Both the position numbers and the translations under genes were made by a program. Below, piece after piece: positions 50,953-59,825 of a stretch of 64,000 bases of DNA (its first letter is position 1; every line of letters begins with the position of its first letter). Source of the DNA: Rhabdothermincola salaria. GTDB lineage: Bacteria; Actinomycetota; Acidimicrobiia; Acidimicrobiales; Acidimicrobilacustridaceae. A model generated the notes under the pieces. It worked only from the letters and a program-made list of their open reading frames with translations. It did not search any database and was not told the DNA's origin. The stretch spans positions 744,001 through 808,000 of the forward strand of contig NZ_JAJQXW010000002.1 of assembly GCF_021246445.1 (NCBI RefSeq), read 5' to 3'.

Positions 50953-52468
50953 GTGGTGGCGCGCTCAGGTGCGCGCCTTTCGGGGCATCCGCGGACGGGT
51001 GCTCATCTGGTTCGTGGGCCTCTTCGCCGTGCTGCTGGTCGTCGGTCTCGTCACCGTTCGCCAGGTCCTGCTGGTCCGTCTCGACGACGAGGTCGAGACG
51101 GCGCTGACCCAGGAGGTCGAGGAGCTCCGTCTGCTGTCCCCGGGGGTGAACCCGACGACCGGGGAACCGTTCGGCGACGACGTCACCTCGCTGTTCCAGG
51201 TGTTCGTGGAGCGCAACATCCCGGGCCAGGGCGAGATCCTGTTCGGCCTCACCGACGGCCAGGTGGTCGCCGCCAACCCCCTCACCTTGGCCCGCAGCGT
51301 CGCCGATGCCGAGCTCTTGTCCACCTGGGAGACGGTGCCCCGGCCCACGTGGGGGGAGACCGCGACCGACCAGGGGACGATGCGCTGGTTGGCCGTGCCC
51401 GTCGTGACGGGTGAGCAGGACCGCGGCGTGTTCGCCGTGGCCCAACTGATCGGGCCCCAGCGCGACGACATCAACCAGGAGATCCAGGTCCTGGCGGTGG
51501 TGTTGTTCATCGTCTTGGTGCTGGCCTCCGTCCTGGGGTGGTTGGCCGCCGGCCGCGTGCTCGAACCCCTGCGTCGGGTGACGTCCACGGCGAGGGAGAT
51601 CTCCGACGAAGACCTCTCGGCGCGCATCCCCGTCGAGAGCGACGACGAGGTGGGCGAGCTCACCCGCACGTTCAACGACATGCTCGAACGTCTCGACGAG
51701 GCCTTCTCGGGGCAGCGGACCTTCTTCAACGACCTCGGCCACGAGCTGCGCACCCCCATCACCATCGTGCGGGGCCATCTCGAGCTGCTCCCGGACGATC
51801 CTGCCGAACGTGCCGACGTGGTCGCCGTGTGCCTCGACGAGCTCGACCGCATGGCGCGCTACGTGGCCGACCTCGTGCTGTTGGCGAAGTCCCAACGTCC
51901 CGACTTCCTCGAGGTCCGGCCCGTCGACATCGCCGAGCTGACCGACGGCCTCGAAGCCCGGGCCGTGGCCATCGAACCCGACCGGCGGTGGCGCATCGCC
52001 CGGGTGGCTCCGGTCGTCGTCGACGCCGACCCCGACCGCCTCACCCAGGCCATGGTGAACCTCCTGGCCAACGCCGCTCAGCACACGGGCCCGGGCGGGG
52101 AGATCCGCTTCGGCTCCGAGGTGGGCGACGGAGAGGTCCACCTCTTCGTGACCGACGACGGCCCCGGAGTGGCGCCCGAGGACCGTCGGACCATCTTCGA
52201 GCGCTTCGGCCGAGGATCGGACACCGCCACGCACCGACGCGAGGGGTCGGGCCTCGGCCTGGCGATCGTGGCGGCCATCGCCGAGGCCCACCGTGGCGAG
52301 GTGCGCCTCGACAGCCCCCCGGGCCAAGGCGCCACCTTCAGCATCGTCGTGCCCTTCGAGTACGGGGCCGACGACGACGTCGGACCCCAGGTGGTCACGA
52401 CGAACAGCGTCGTCCTCGACACCCCCCACCAGGTCGACGACGAGACCGAGGAGATCCCCCTGCCATGA
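50945..52468 (+). CDS. HAMP sensor histidine kinase
   Basis: Two TM helices, HAMP, HELRTP, NLLANA, DDGPG, GSGLGL. Confidence 0.95.
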   Translation: MTEWWRAQVRAFRGIRGRVLIWFVGLFAVLLVVGLVTVRQVLLVRLDDEVETALTQEVEELRLLSPGVNPTTGEPFGDDVTSLFQVFVERNIPGQGEILFGLTDGQVVAANPLTLARSVADAELLSTWETVPRPTWGETATDQGTMRWLAVPVVTGEQDRGVFAVAQLIGPQRDDINQEIQVLAVVLFIVLVLASVLGWLAAGRVLEPLRRVTSTAREISDEDLSARIPVESDDEVGELTRTFNDMLERLDEAFSGQRTFFNDLGHELRTPITIVRGHLELLPDDPAERADVVAVCLDELDRMARYVADLVLLAKSQRPDFLEVRPVDIAELTDGLEARAVAIEPDRRWRIARVAPVVVDADPDRLTQAMVNLLANAAQHTGPGGEIRFGSEVGDGEVHLFVTDDGPGVAPEDRRTIFERFGRGSDTATHRREGSGLGLAIVAAIAEAHRGEVRLDSPPGQGATFSIVVPFEYGADDDVGPQVVTTNSVVLDTPHQVDDETEEIPLP

Positions 52469-53136
52469 CCCGCATACTCATCGCCGAGGACGAGGAGCGC
52501 ATCACCACCTTCCTCGAGCGCGGTCTGAAGACCAACGGCTACTCGACCATGGCCGTCCACACCGGGTTCGAAGCGGTCGAGATGGCTCGTGACGGCGAGT
52601 TCGAGCTCCTGATCCTCGACCTCGGCCTGCCCGGGATCGACGGTCAGCAGGTGCTGCGGGCCATGCGGGCCCGGGGCGAGACCATGCCCGTCATCGTCCT
52701 CACCGCGCGCGACGCGGTGGAGGACACCGTCGCCGGCTTCGAGGGCGGAGCCGACGACTACGTGACCAAGCCGTTCCGGTTCGAGGAGCTCCTGGCCCGC
52801 ATCCGGGTCCGCCTCCGTGACGAGACCACGGCCGAGACCACCGTGCTGCGCGTGGGGGACGTGGCGCTCGACATGCTCACCCGGCGGGCCCACGTGGGCG
52901 ACCGTGTGGTCGAGCTCACCGCCCGGGAGTACGCGCTGGCCGAGACGTTCCTGCGCCATCCCGACCAGGTCCTGAGCCGGGAACAGCTCCTCAGCCACGT
53001 GTGGGGGTACGACTTCGCCCCGGAATCGAACGTGGTGGACGTCTACGTGCGCTACCTGCGTCGCAAGCTCGGCGACGGGGTCATCGAGACGGTCAGGGGC
53101 ATGGGCTATCGGCTCTCGCCGGATCATCGCGCCTGA
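52465..53136 (+). CDS. OmpR-family response regulator
   Basis: AEDE, LDLGLP, TKPF, winged helix SNVVDVYVRYLRRK, ETVRGMGY; ATGA overlap. Confidence 0.96.
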   Translation: MTRILIAEDEERITTFLERGLKTNGYSTMAVHTGFEAVEMARDGEFELLILDLGLPGIDGQQVLRAMRARGETMPVIVLTARDAVEDTVAGFEGGADDYVTKPFRFEELLARIRVRLRDETTAETTVLRVGDVALDMLTRRAHVGDRVVELTAREYALAETFLRHPDQVLSREQLLSHVWGYDFAPESNVVDVYVRYLRRKLGDGVIETVRGMGYRLSPDHRA

Positions 53137-53155
53137 TCCCGAGCGGGGCCCGACC

Positions 53156-53197
53156 CACGATGAGAGCCTTCTCATCGTGTCCCAATGAAGCTCTCAG
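53156..53197. promoter_or_regulatory. 10-bp inverted repeat plus phased boxes, site 2
   Basis: CACGATGAGA-GCCT-TCTCATCGTG; TCTCAT 53170, CCCAAT 53181, TCTCAG 53192 (11-bp period). Confidence 0.6.
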
Positions 53198-54453
53198 CGC
53201 TCGCCGCTCGACTGGGGGTCGTGGAGAACAGTGCCCCCCGGCTGCCCGCGGCCGACACCCTGCTCGGTCCCGGCGCCGACGAGATGGTGGCCGTCGCCGT
53301 CGAGGCGGGCGGCGGCCGCCTCCTCTCGTTGGCCCGCAACCAGGTCCTGCACCGTCCCGGGCGCGCCCTGACCGTTCGCTTCTCGGCGGAGGTGGCCTGG
53401 GCCGGTGACGTGCGCACCCGCGAGACCGTCGTGGCCATGGCCGGAGTCGACGGCCCACCCGAGGGGACCCTCGTGCTGGAGGCGGGTGATGAACGAGTCG
53501 GGCTGTTCCGCTACCCCCACGATCCGCTGCTTCCCGGTCTGGTGGCGGCCACCTCGCCCGACGCGGTCGCCGAGCGCATCGGCCACCGGGTGGCCGAGGG
53601 CGGCCTCACCGTGGTGGCCTACCGCCCGGCCCGACGAGCCGTCGTGCGAGTGGACCTGGCCGGCGGCGGGCAGCGCTACCTGAAGGTGGTGCCCCCCTCG
53701 GAGGCACCGGCCCTGGTCGCCCGCCTCGACCGGCTGGCCGGGGTGGTCCCCGCCCCCCGAGTGCTGTCCCGACACGTCGCCGAGGGGTTGGTGGAGCTCG
53801 AGGCCATCCCTGGTCGCACGCTGCGCGATGCCCTCCGGGCCGACCGAGTGGGTCGGGTCACCGCCACCGGCCCGGCCCGTCCTCCCGAGCCGGGCCGTGT
53901 GCTCGAGGTGCTCGAGCGACTCGACACCGTCGACGTCACCGATCTGGCCCCTCACTGGACGGTGCCCGAGATGGCGCGCGGCCTCGGCGCCATGCTGAGC
54001 GCCGTGTTGCCCACCGAGGCAGAACGCCTGGCCGCGCTCGGCCACGAGCTGGGCCGGGAGGTGCCTCAACGCCAGGTCGCCGTCCACGGAGATCTGCACC
54101 CGGCCCAGTTCCTCGTGCAGCGCAGCACCATCACCGGCGTGCTCGACCTCGACGACCTGGGCCCCGGCGCTCGGGTGGACGACCTGGCGACCTTCCTCGG
54201 CCACGTCGTGGCCTTCGGCGTCGAGGGGGATCAGCCTCCGGCTCGACGCTACGCCGCCCGCCTGCTCCCGGTCTTCGGAGAGGCGACCGACCCCGACGAG
54301 CTGCGACGGCGCACCGCGGCGGTCCTCCTGGGCCTGGCCACCGGCCCGTACCGGGTCCAGCAACCCGACTGGCCCGAAGCGTGCCGTCGCCGCATCGCCC
54401 TGGCCGAGCGCTGGGCCCTCGGAGATGTGAGGAGTCTCAGAGAAGCCTCATGA
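53185..54453 (+). CDS. Aminoglycoside phosphotransferase (APH)-fold kinase; true start may be GTG 53221
   Basis: YLKVV lysine, VHGDLHPAQ catalytic loop, VLDLDD metal-binding motif; long N-terminal extension (FRYPHDPLLPGL). Confidence 0.85.
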   Translation: MKLSALAARLGVVENSAPRLPAADTLLGPGADEMVAVAVEAGGGRLLSLARNQVLHRPGRALTVRFSAEVAWAGDVRTRETVVAMAGVDGPPEGTLVLEAGDERVGLFRYPHDPLLPGLVAATSPDAVAERIGHRVAEGGLTVVAYRPARRAVVRVDLAGGGQRYLKVVPPSEAPALVARLDRLAGVVPAPRVLSRHVAEGLVELEAIPGRTLRDALRADRVGRVTATGPARPPEPGRVLEVLERLDTVDVTDLAPHWTVPEMARGLGAMLSAVLPTEAERLAALGHELGREVPQRQVAVHGDLHPAQFLVQRSTITGVLDLDDLGPGARVDDLATFLGHVVAFGVEGDQPPARRYAARLLPVFGEATDPDELRRRTAAVLLGLATGPYRVQQPDWPEACRRRIALAERWALGDVRSLREAS

Positions 54454-54462
54454 CGCCTTCAC
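54428..54462. promoter_or_regulatory. Phased boxes, site 3, upstream of the DS-repeat protein
   Basis: TGAG-GAGT-CTCA; TCTCAG 54435, CCTCAT 54446, CTTCAC 54457 (11-bp period). Confidence 0.55.
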
Positions 54463-54526
54463 CCCGGCGAGAGAGAACAGACACCAGAGGCGGACGAGCC
54501 GTCTCCCCCCACCACAGGAGCACCCC

Positions 54527-54952
54527 ATGAACAAGAACTGGAAGATCGCCATCGCCAGCGGTGCCGTCGCCGGACTCGCCATCGGCGGGTTCTCGGTCGC
54601 CTCGGCCGACGACGGGCCGAGCCTGCCCGACCCCGTCGTGGTCGACACCTCGCCCGTGTCGACCACGGCCACCACTCTCATGGGCGACGATGCCAGCAAC
54701 TCGGTGTCGGTCCCACCGGTCGAGGTGCCCGCTCCGGCGCCCGCGCCTGCCCCGCCCGCGCCTGCCCCGGCCCCGGCCCCGGCCCCGGCCCCGGCCCCCC
54801 AGTGGGACTCGTTCGACTCCCCGGCCCCGGGCCCCGCTCCGGCCCCCGCTCCGGCTCCCGCCCCGTCCTTCGACAGCTGGGACTCGCCCGATGTGGAGTC
54901 CTTCGACTCGCCGGCCTCGTTCGACTCGTTCGACTCGTTCGACTCCCCCTGA
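54527..54952 (+). CDS. Small secreted Pro/Ala-rich protein with eight [F/W]DS repeats
   Basis: RBS CAGGAG; Sec-type signal MNKNWKIAI...VASA; (PA)n stalk; WDSFDSP...SFDSWDSP...SFDSFDSFDSP. Confidence 0.82.
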   Translation: MNKNWKIAIASGAVAGLAIGGFSVASADDGPSLPDPVVVDTSPVSTTATTLMGDDASNSVSVPPVEVPAPAPAPAPPAPAPAPAPAPAPAPQWDSFDSPAPGPAPAPAPAPAPSFDSWDSPDVESFDSPASFDSFDSFDSP

Positions 54953-54971
54953 CCCATCCGCCCAGCCGCAG

Positions 54972-55004
54972 CCGGCCCGTCACCCGCCTCGGGTGGCGGG
55001 CCGG
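54972..55004. terminator. 15-bp hairpin between convergent genes
   Basis: CCGGCCCGTCACCCG-CCT-CGGGTGGCGGGCCGG. Confidence 0.65.
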
Positions 55005-55031
55005 GTCGCGTCCGGGCGCCCCCGACGGCGG

Positions 55032-56288
55032 TCAGCGTCGGAGGCGGACCACCATGCGGCGAATGCCGGTGTGGCGGTTGCTGCGGGTCCACTCGACCGG
55101 CTCCACGAGCTCGAGCGCGGAGAAGCGGGGGAGCAGCTCCTCGAACAGCACGCGGATCTCGAGGCGGGCCAGGTTGGCCCCCAGGCAGTAGTGGATGCCG
55201 TGCCCGAAGCCCACGTGGGGGTTCGGTGACCGGGTGATGTCGAACGTGTCGGGACGGTCGAAGGCGAGCTCGTCGCGGTTGGCCGAGCCCTCCCAGACCA
55301 CCACCTTCTCGCCGGGCGCGATCTCGTGGCCCCCCAGCACCGCGGGGCGGGTGGCGGTGCGGCGCTTGGCCGGCGACGGCGTGGTCCAGCGCACGATCTC
55401 CTCGACGGCGGTGGGCAGCAGGGCCGGGTCCTCGCGGAGGGCGGTCATCTGGTCGGGGTGGTCGAGCAGGGCCAGCAGCCCGCCGGCGATGGCGTTGCGG
55501 GTCGTCTCGGCGCCGGCGCTGAACAACAGCGAGAAGAAGGCGTAGAGCTCCATGTCGCTGAGCCGTGGTGCCTCGGGGTCGTCGAGCTCGGCGTGGACGA
55601 CGACGGAGAGCAGGTCGTCGCCGGGCTGCGCGCGCTTGGCGGCGATGAGCTCGTTGCCGTAGCGGAACATCTGGGCGCGGGCCTCGTCGGCTCCGACCGG
55701 CGCGGTGTCGGAGCGGCGGGCCGATCCCATGTCGAAGGTCGGCTCCACCGCCTCGAACAGCCAGTGCCGGTCCTCTTCGGGCATGCCCAGCAACACGCAG
55801 ATCATCTGCATGGGGAGCTCGGCCGCCACGTCGGACAGGACGTCGAAGGCCTCGCCGTCGACCACGTCGTCGAGCAGTCCCCGGGTGCGGGCCCGCAGGT
55901 CGTCCTCGACACGGCGGATCATGCGTGGCGTCAACCCCGACGTGACCAGTCGCCTGATCCGGGCGTGGCGCGGATCGTCCATCATGTTCAGGACCTGTCC
56001 GGCGATGGGCAGATCCTGGATCAGGGTCCCGCCGTAGGGGCGATCGCCGCCGGTCTCCGAGGAGTACGTCACGGGGTCGTGGAGGACCTCCATGGTCTCG
56101 GCGTGGGTGGCCACCGACCAGAACCCCTCGTCGTCGGGTGTGTGCTCGGTCGGCGGGTGCCACCAGACCGGGGCGACGCGCCGGTGCCCGGCGAACAGCT
56201 CGTGGGGGAAGCCGTCGGCGAAGTTGTCGAGGTCGGTGAGGTCGATGCCGACGAGCTCGCCCGGCACGTCCGAAGCGCGAACGGTCAT
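55032..56288 (-). CDS. Cytochrome P450
   Basis: AGAETT I-helix, [15 protein letters not shown] heme motif. Confidence 0.96.
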   Translation of the reverse strand: MTVRASDVPGELVGIDLTDLDNFADGFPHELFAGHRRVAPVWWHPPTEHTPDDEGFWSVATHAETMEVLHDPVTYSSETGGDRPYGGTLIQDLPIAGQVLNMMDDPRHARIRRLVTSGLTPRMIRRVEDDLRARTRGLLDDVVDGEAFDVLSDVAAELPMQMICVLLGMPEEDRHWLFEAVEPTFDMGSARRSDTAPVGADEARAQMFRYGNELIAAKRAQPGDDLLSVVVHAELDDPEAPRLSDMELYAFFSLLFSAGAETTRNAIAGGLLALLDHPDQMTALREDPALLPTAVEEIVRWTTPSPAKRRTATRPAVLGGHEIAPGEKVVVWEGSANRDELAFDRPDTFDITRSPNPHVGFGHGIHYCLGANLARLEIRVLFEELLPRFSALELVEPVEWTRSNRHTGIRRMVVRLRR

Positions 56289-56343
56289 GGCCCCATCATG
56301 GACCAGGGTCCGGTCCGTCGCCGGAGGAGACGGGACGCGCGGG

Positions 56344-56976
56344 TCAGGCCGTGGGTTGGTGGCGCATCGAACCGACCAGGAGGTCGGCGATGGCCTCGGT
56401 GAGGCCGTCGAGGCGTTCCGCAGTGCGGCGGTACACGTCGAGCGGCTCGCCCACGGGGTCGGCCACCTCGTCGGCCAGGCGTCCGGGGGGCCGACCCGGT
56501 TCGCGTCGGGCCGCCAGCTCGGTGGTCCAGTCGCGCAGCGGCCGTCCCGGCTCGGGAGGGCCGACCCGCTCGGCCAGGCGGACCACTTCGCCGATGATGA
56601 ACGCCCGGTCGACGGCGGTGGGGTCGTGGATGAGCGAGCCGCCGACGTGGTCGCGGGTCATGCCCAGCACCAGATCGGCTCCGACGACCATGCCGGCGTC
56701 GATGCGGCGGCTCATGTGGTGGTCGAGCGCGATGCCCCGTTCGGCCAGGACGGTCACCGAGTTGGCGGTGGCCGGCCCGCCCCAGCCCAAGGTGCCGGCC
56801 GAGTGCACGCGGGCGAGCACGCCGCGCCGGCGCAGGTGGTGGTCGAGCAACGCCATCGCCATGGGCGAGCGGCAGGTGTTGCCCGAGCAGACCATCAAGA
56901 CGTCGAGGTCGGTGACCTCCAGACCGGCCGCAGGGTCGGAGGGGGTCGGTGACGGGTCGTGGCTGCCGGGGGTCAC
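56344..56976 (-). CDS. Low-molecular-weight protein phosphatase / ArsC family
   Basis: P-loop [23 protein letters not shown] overlap with the upstream gene. Confidence 0.88.
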   Translation of the reverse strand: MTPGSHDPSPTPSDPAAGLEVTDLDVLMVCSGNTCRSPMAMALLDHHLRRRGVLARVHSAGTLGWGGPATANSVTVLAERGIALDHHMSRRIDAGMVVGADLVLGMTRDHVGGSLIHDPTAVDRAFIIGEVVRLAERVGPPEPGRPLRDWTTELAARREPGRPPGRLADEVADPVGEPLDVYRRTAERLDGLTEAIADLLVGSMRHQPTA

Positions 56977-57608
56977 GGGGTGGCCGTGTGCTCCAGCTCG
57001 TAGAGGCCCCAGGCCTCGTCGGGGGTGGCTGCTCCGGGGCGGGGGAGCTCGGTGGGGTCGATCGCCTCGGTGTCGGCGACTTCGGCCACCATCACGTGGT
57101 CGCCGTTGGCGGTGCTGATGCGGCGCACGAGGGTGATGCCGTCGAGGGCGGCCACGGCGGCGGCCACGTCGTCGAGGTCGTCGAGCAGGGCCTGGGACTG
57201 GCCGGCGGGTCGTTCGGCGGAGAGGAACAGGGTGAGCACGGCCGGCCCGCTCTCGACCAGGGTGTCGTCGACGTCGACTCGGCCAACGGGTCCGAAGCGG
57301 CCCACCTCGGTGCCCTCGGAGCGGGCGAAGCGGAGCTCGGGTGCCAGGTCGGCCGGCAGCCCGCTGGAGCTCTGGCGGTAGGCCTCGTAGTCGTCGCTGT
57401 GGAGCACGCCGACGTCGTCGAGGTCGTAGACGGTGAGGAAGCGCGGGGGGTCGGTGGCCTCGCTGGCGACCAGCTTGCCGCGACGCACTCGCCGGAAGCC
57501 GGGGACGGCGAGGTGCTCGGCGTGGTGCGTGTTGCACCATGACGAGAAGCGCTCGTCGACCTCGGGCTCGAGCCAGGTGTGCAGGTAGAGCAGGCCGGGT
57601 TCGGTCAC
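56973..57608 (-). CDS. Hypothetical protein, dimeric alpha+beta barrel (EthD/DUF4286-like)
   Basis: F..W...H....LAVPGF, FLTVYDL, SDDY; RBS AAGGAG. Confidence 0.65.
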   Translation of the reverse strand: MTEPGLLYLHTWLEPEVDERFSSWCNTHHAEHLAVPGFRRVRRGKLVASEATDPPRFLTVYDLDDVGVLHSDDYEAYRQSSSGLPADLAPELRFARSEGTEVGRFGPVGRVDVDDTLVESGPAVLTLFLSAERPAGQSQALLDDLDDVAAAVAALDGITLVRRISTANGDHVMVAEVADTEAIDPTELPRPGAATPDEAWGLYELEHTATP

Positions 57609-57621
57609 GGGGGGTGCTCCT

Positions 57622-59037
57622 TCAGCCCTCGAAGGCGGGCATGGTGGTGAGGGCGGACTCGGTCTCGACCTTCTCCTCCGCCGTGGCGCGCTCGGCGTCG
57701 GTGGCGGGATGGCGTTGGGAGATGATGAAGGTCGTGGCCACCACGGCGGTCGCGGCGACGCCGATGCCGACGACGTAGAAGGCACCGAAGCCTCCGAGGC
57801 TACGCGCCGTGACCGCGACGCTGATGCCGACGGCGCCGCCCAGCTGCGAGGTCATGCGCATGGTGGCCATTCCCACGCCGAAGAACTCCGGGGCCAGGGC
57901 GTTCCCGGCGGCCGACGCGGTGGCCGGGCGGAGCATGCCGTGCGACAGACCCATGACGACCAGTCCACCGACGAAGACGCCCAGCAGCTCGAAGCTGTAG
58001 CCGACGAGGAACAAGGCCATGGCGGCGGTCATGGCGGCCGCCCCGAGGATGGCCCCGGCCCGTTCGCCGAACCGGACGGCGAAGCGGCCACCGACGGGTG
58101 AGCCGGCGGCCATGCCGAGGGGGAGGGGGAGCATCAACATGGCCGTGCGGGCCACGGTCGTGTCGAACACCTCGGTCAGCAGCAGGGGCGCGATGAAGAA
58201 GGCGCCGTTGCCGGCGACCTGGGCGAACAGCTCGGCGATCAGGGGGGCGGTGTAGCGGCGCGAGCGGAGCAGGTCGAGCGGGAGCAGGGGGTCGGTGGTG
58301 CGCCGTTCGGCCCGGATGAAGAGGACGGTGGCGACGGGGAAGACGAGCCCGGTGATGAGCAGCGAGGGGTGCCCCCACCCCCACTCGGAGGCCCGGTCGA
58401 AGAAGAACAGCACCGACCCGCTGGCGATCATCAACGACACCCCGCCGGCGACGTCGAAGCGGACCCGCTTGGCGAGCGCGGTCTCCTCGAGCCAGCTGCG
58501 GCAGATCGGGAAGAACGCGGCGGCCGCCACGAACTGCAGCACGAACACGCCACGCCACCCCACCGCGGCGATGAGGGGACCGCCGAACAGCAGGCCGAGC
58601 GCCGGTGACCCGGCGGTCACGAACGACCAGAGGCCCAGCGCCCGGGGACGGTCGGTCGGCTGGAAGGCCGCCATGATGAGCGCGATCGCGGTCGGCATGG
58701 TGGCCACACCGGCGGTCTGGCTGAGGGTGCGGAAGAAGATCAGCGACCAGGCGTCCCAGGCGACGGCGGTCAGCCCGGCGGTGATGATGCTGAGCCCGAG
58801 GCCCCACAGGAAGACCTTGCGGTGGCCGTGCAGGTCGCCGAGGCGGCCGAAGGTGGGCAGCAGCACCGACGAGATGAGCAGCGGCAGGGTGATGACCCAG
58901 GCCAGGGTGGATGCGCTGGTGTCGAGGTCGTCGGCGATGGCCGGCAGGGCGGCGATGAGGATGACCGACGGCCAGGCGGTGACGAAGACACCCATGAGCG
59001 TCGAGCGCAGGGTGCGTCGTTGCTGGCGGGCGTCCAC
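57622..59037 (-). CDS. MFS transporter (DHA2-like)
   Basis: ALPAIA, GRLGDLHGHRK, GWRGVF; many TM segments. Confidence 0.92.
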   Translation of the reverse strand: MDARQQRRTLRSTLMGVFVTAWPSVILIAALPAIADDLDTSASTLAWVITLPLLISSVLLPTFGRLGDLHGHRKVFLWGLGLSIITAGLTAVAWDAWSLIFFRTLSQTAGVATMPTAIALIMAAFQPTDRPRALGLWSFVTAGSPALGLLFGGPLIAAVGWRGVFVLQFVAAAAFFPICRSWLEETALAKRVRFDVAGGVSLMIASGSVLFFFDRASEWGWGHPSLLITGLVFPVATVLFIRAERRTTDPLLPLDLLRSRRYTAPLIAELFAQVAGNGAFFIAPLLLTEVFDTTVARTAMLMLPLPLGMAAGSPVGGRFAVRFGERAGAILGAAAMTAAMALFLVGYSFELLGVFVGGLVVMGLSHGMLRPATASAAGNALAPEFFGVGMATMRMTSQLGGAVGISVAVTARSLGGFGAFYVVGIGVAATAVVATTFIISQRHPATDAERATAEEKVETESALTTMPAFEG

Positions 59038-59060
59038 CGGGTCATCCTAGGGCAGTTGCC

Positions 59061-59076
59061 CCTAACGCCCATTTGG
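59061..59076. promoter_or_regulatory. Putative TetR operator A
   Basis: CCTAACGCCCATTTGG in the divergent MFS/SDR region; 13 of 16 positions match the site at 60663. Confidence 0.5.
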
Positions 59077-59156
59077 GCTCGGGGCGGCTCGGGCCCGTCG
59101 CCCGCGCCAGACTGCGAGGATGGAATCGATGGGGGCACACACCGGAGGGTCGACTC

Positions 59157-59825
59157 GTGGCGGCTGACGAGAGGGGACCGACCATCGTCGTCGGATCGAC
59201 CGCCGCTGCCGAGGGCCTGGCCGAACGCCTCACCTCGAGAGGCGAGACGGTGGGGCGCATCGATCCCTGCGCGGCGATGAGCCCGGGCGCCGCCTTCGAT
59301 GTGGTCGTCGACGAGCTCGGGGCCCCGGCTTCGGTGGTGCTGGCCCACCTCGATCCGGCCGCGGCCGTGGCCCGCCCGCTCGTCGAGCACTCCGACGAGC
59401 AATGGGACGGCGCCGGTGAGCGATCGGTGCGAGTGGCGTTGCAGGTGCTCCAGCACGCCCACCACCACCTGCCCGACGGGGGGACCGTCGTGGTCGTCCT
59501 GCCCTCCGTGGCCGCCATCGGCGTGCCCGGCCTGGTGCCCATGTGCACCGCGGTCGAGTCCATCCGGCTCATGGCCAAGGTGGCCGCCCGCCGCTGGGGC
59601 GCCCGCGGCATCACGGTGAACGTGGTGCTCGTGCCCCTCGACGCCTTCCTCGGCGATCTCGCCCCCGAAGGAGCCCACGTGCCGTCGCTCGGCCCCGCCT
59701 CGCTGTCGGGCCACGATCCCCTCGACGACGCCGCCGCCCTGGCGGCCATGCTCGGCGGCCCGGACGGGCGAGCCCTCACCGGCGCCACCCTGGGGGCCGA
59801 CGCCGGGACGGTGATGCAGCCATGA
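59157..59825 (+). CDS. Atypical (degenerate) SDR-fold protein
   Basis: WGARGITVN and LTGATL..D.G present; TGxxxGxG absent and YxxxK replaced by MCTAV; RBS GGAGG. Confidence 0.72.
   Translation: MAADERGPTIVVGSTAAAEGLAERLTSRGETVGRIDPCAAMSPGAAFDVVVDELGAPASVVLAHLDPAAAVARPLVEHSDEQWDGAGERSVRVALQVLQHAHHHLPDGGTVVVVLPSVAAIGVPGLVPMCTAVESIRLMAKVAARRWGARGITVNVVLVPLDAFLGDLAPEGAHVPSLGPASLSGHDPLDDAAALAAMLGGPDGRALTGATLGADAGTVMQP

Noticed and set aside
53185..54453. Aminoglycoside resistance gene
   Set aside because: Only the fold is shared; length, motif variants and context differ from APH resistance enzymes.
54727..54865. Non-coding VNTR (ccggcc repeats)
   Set aside because: Explained by the (Pro-Ala)n stalk of the 54527-54952 CDS.
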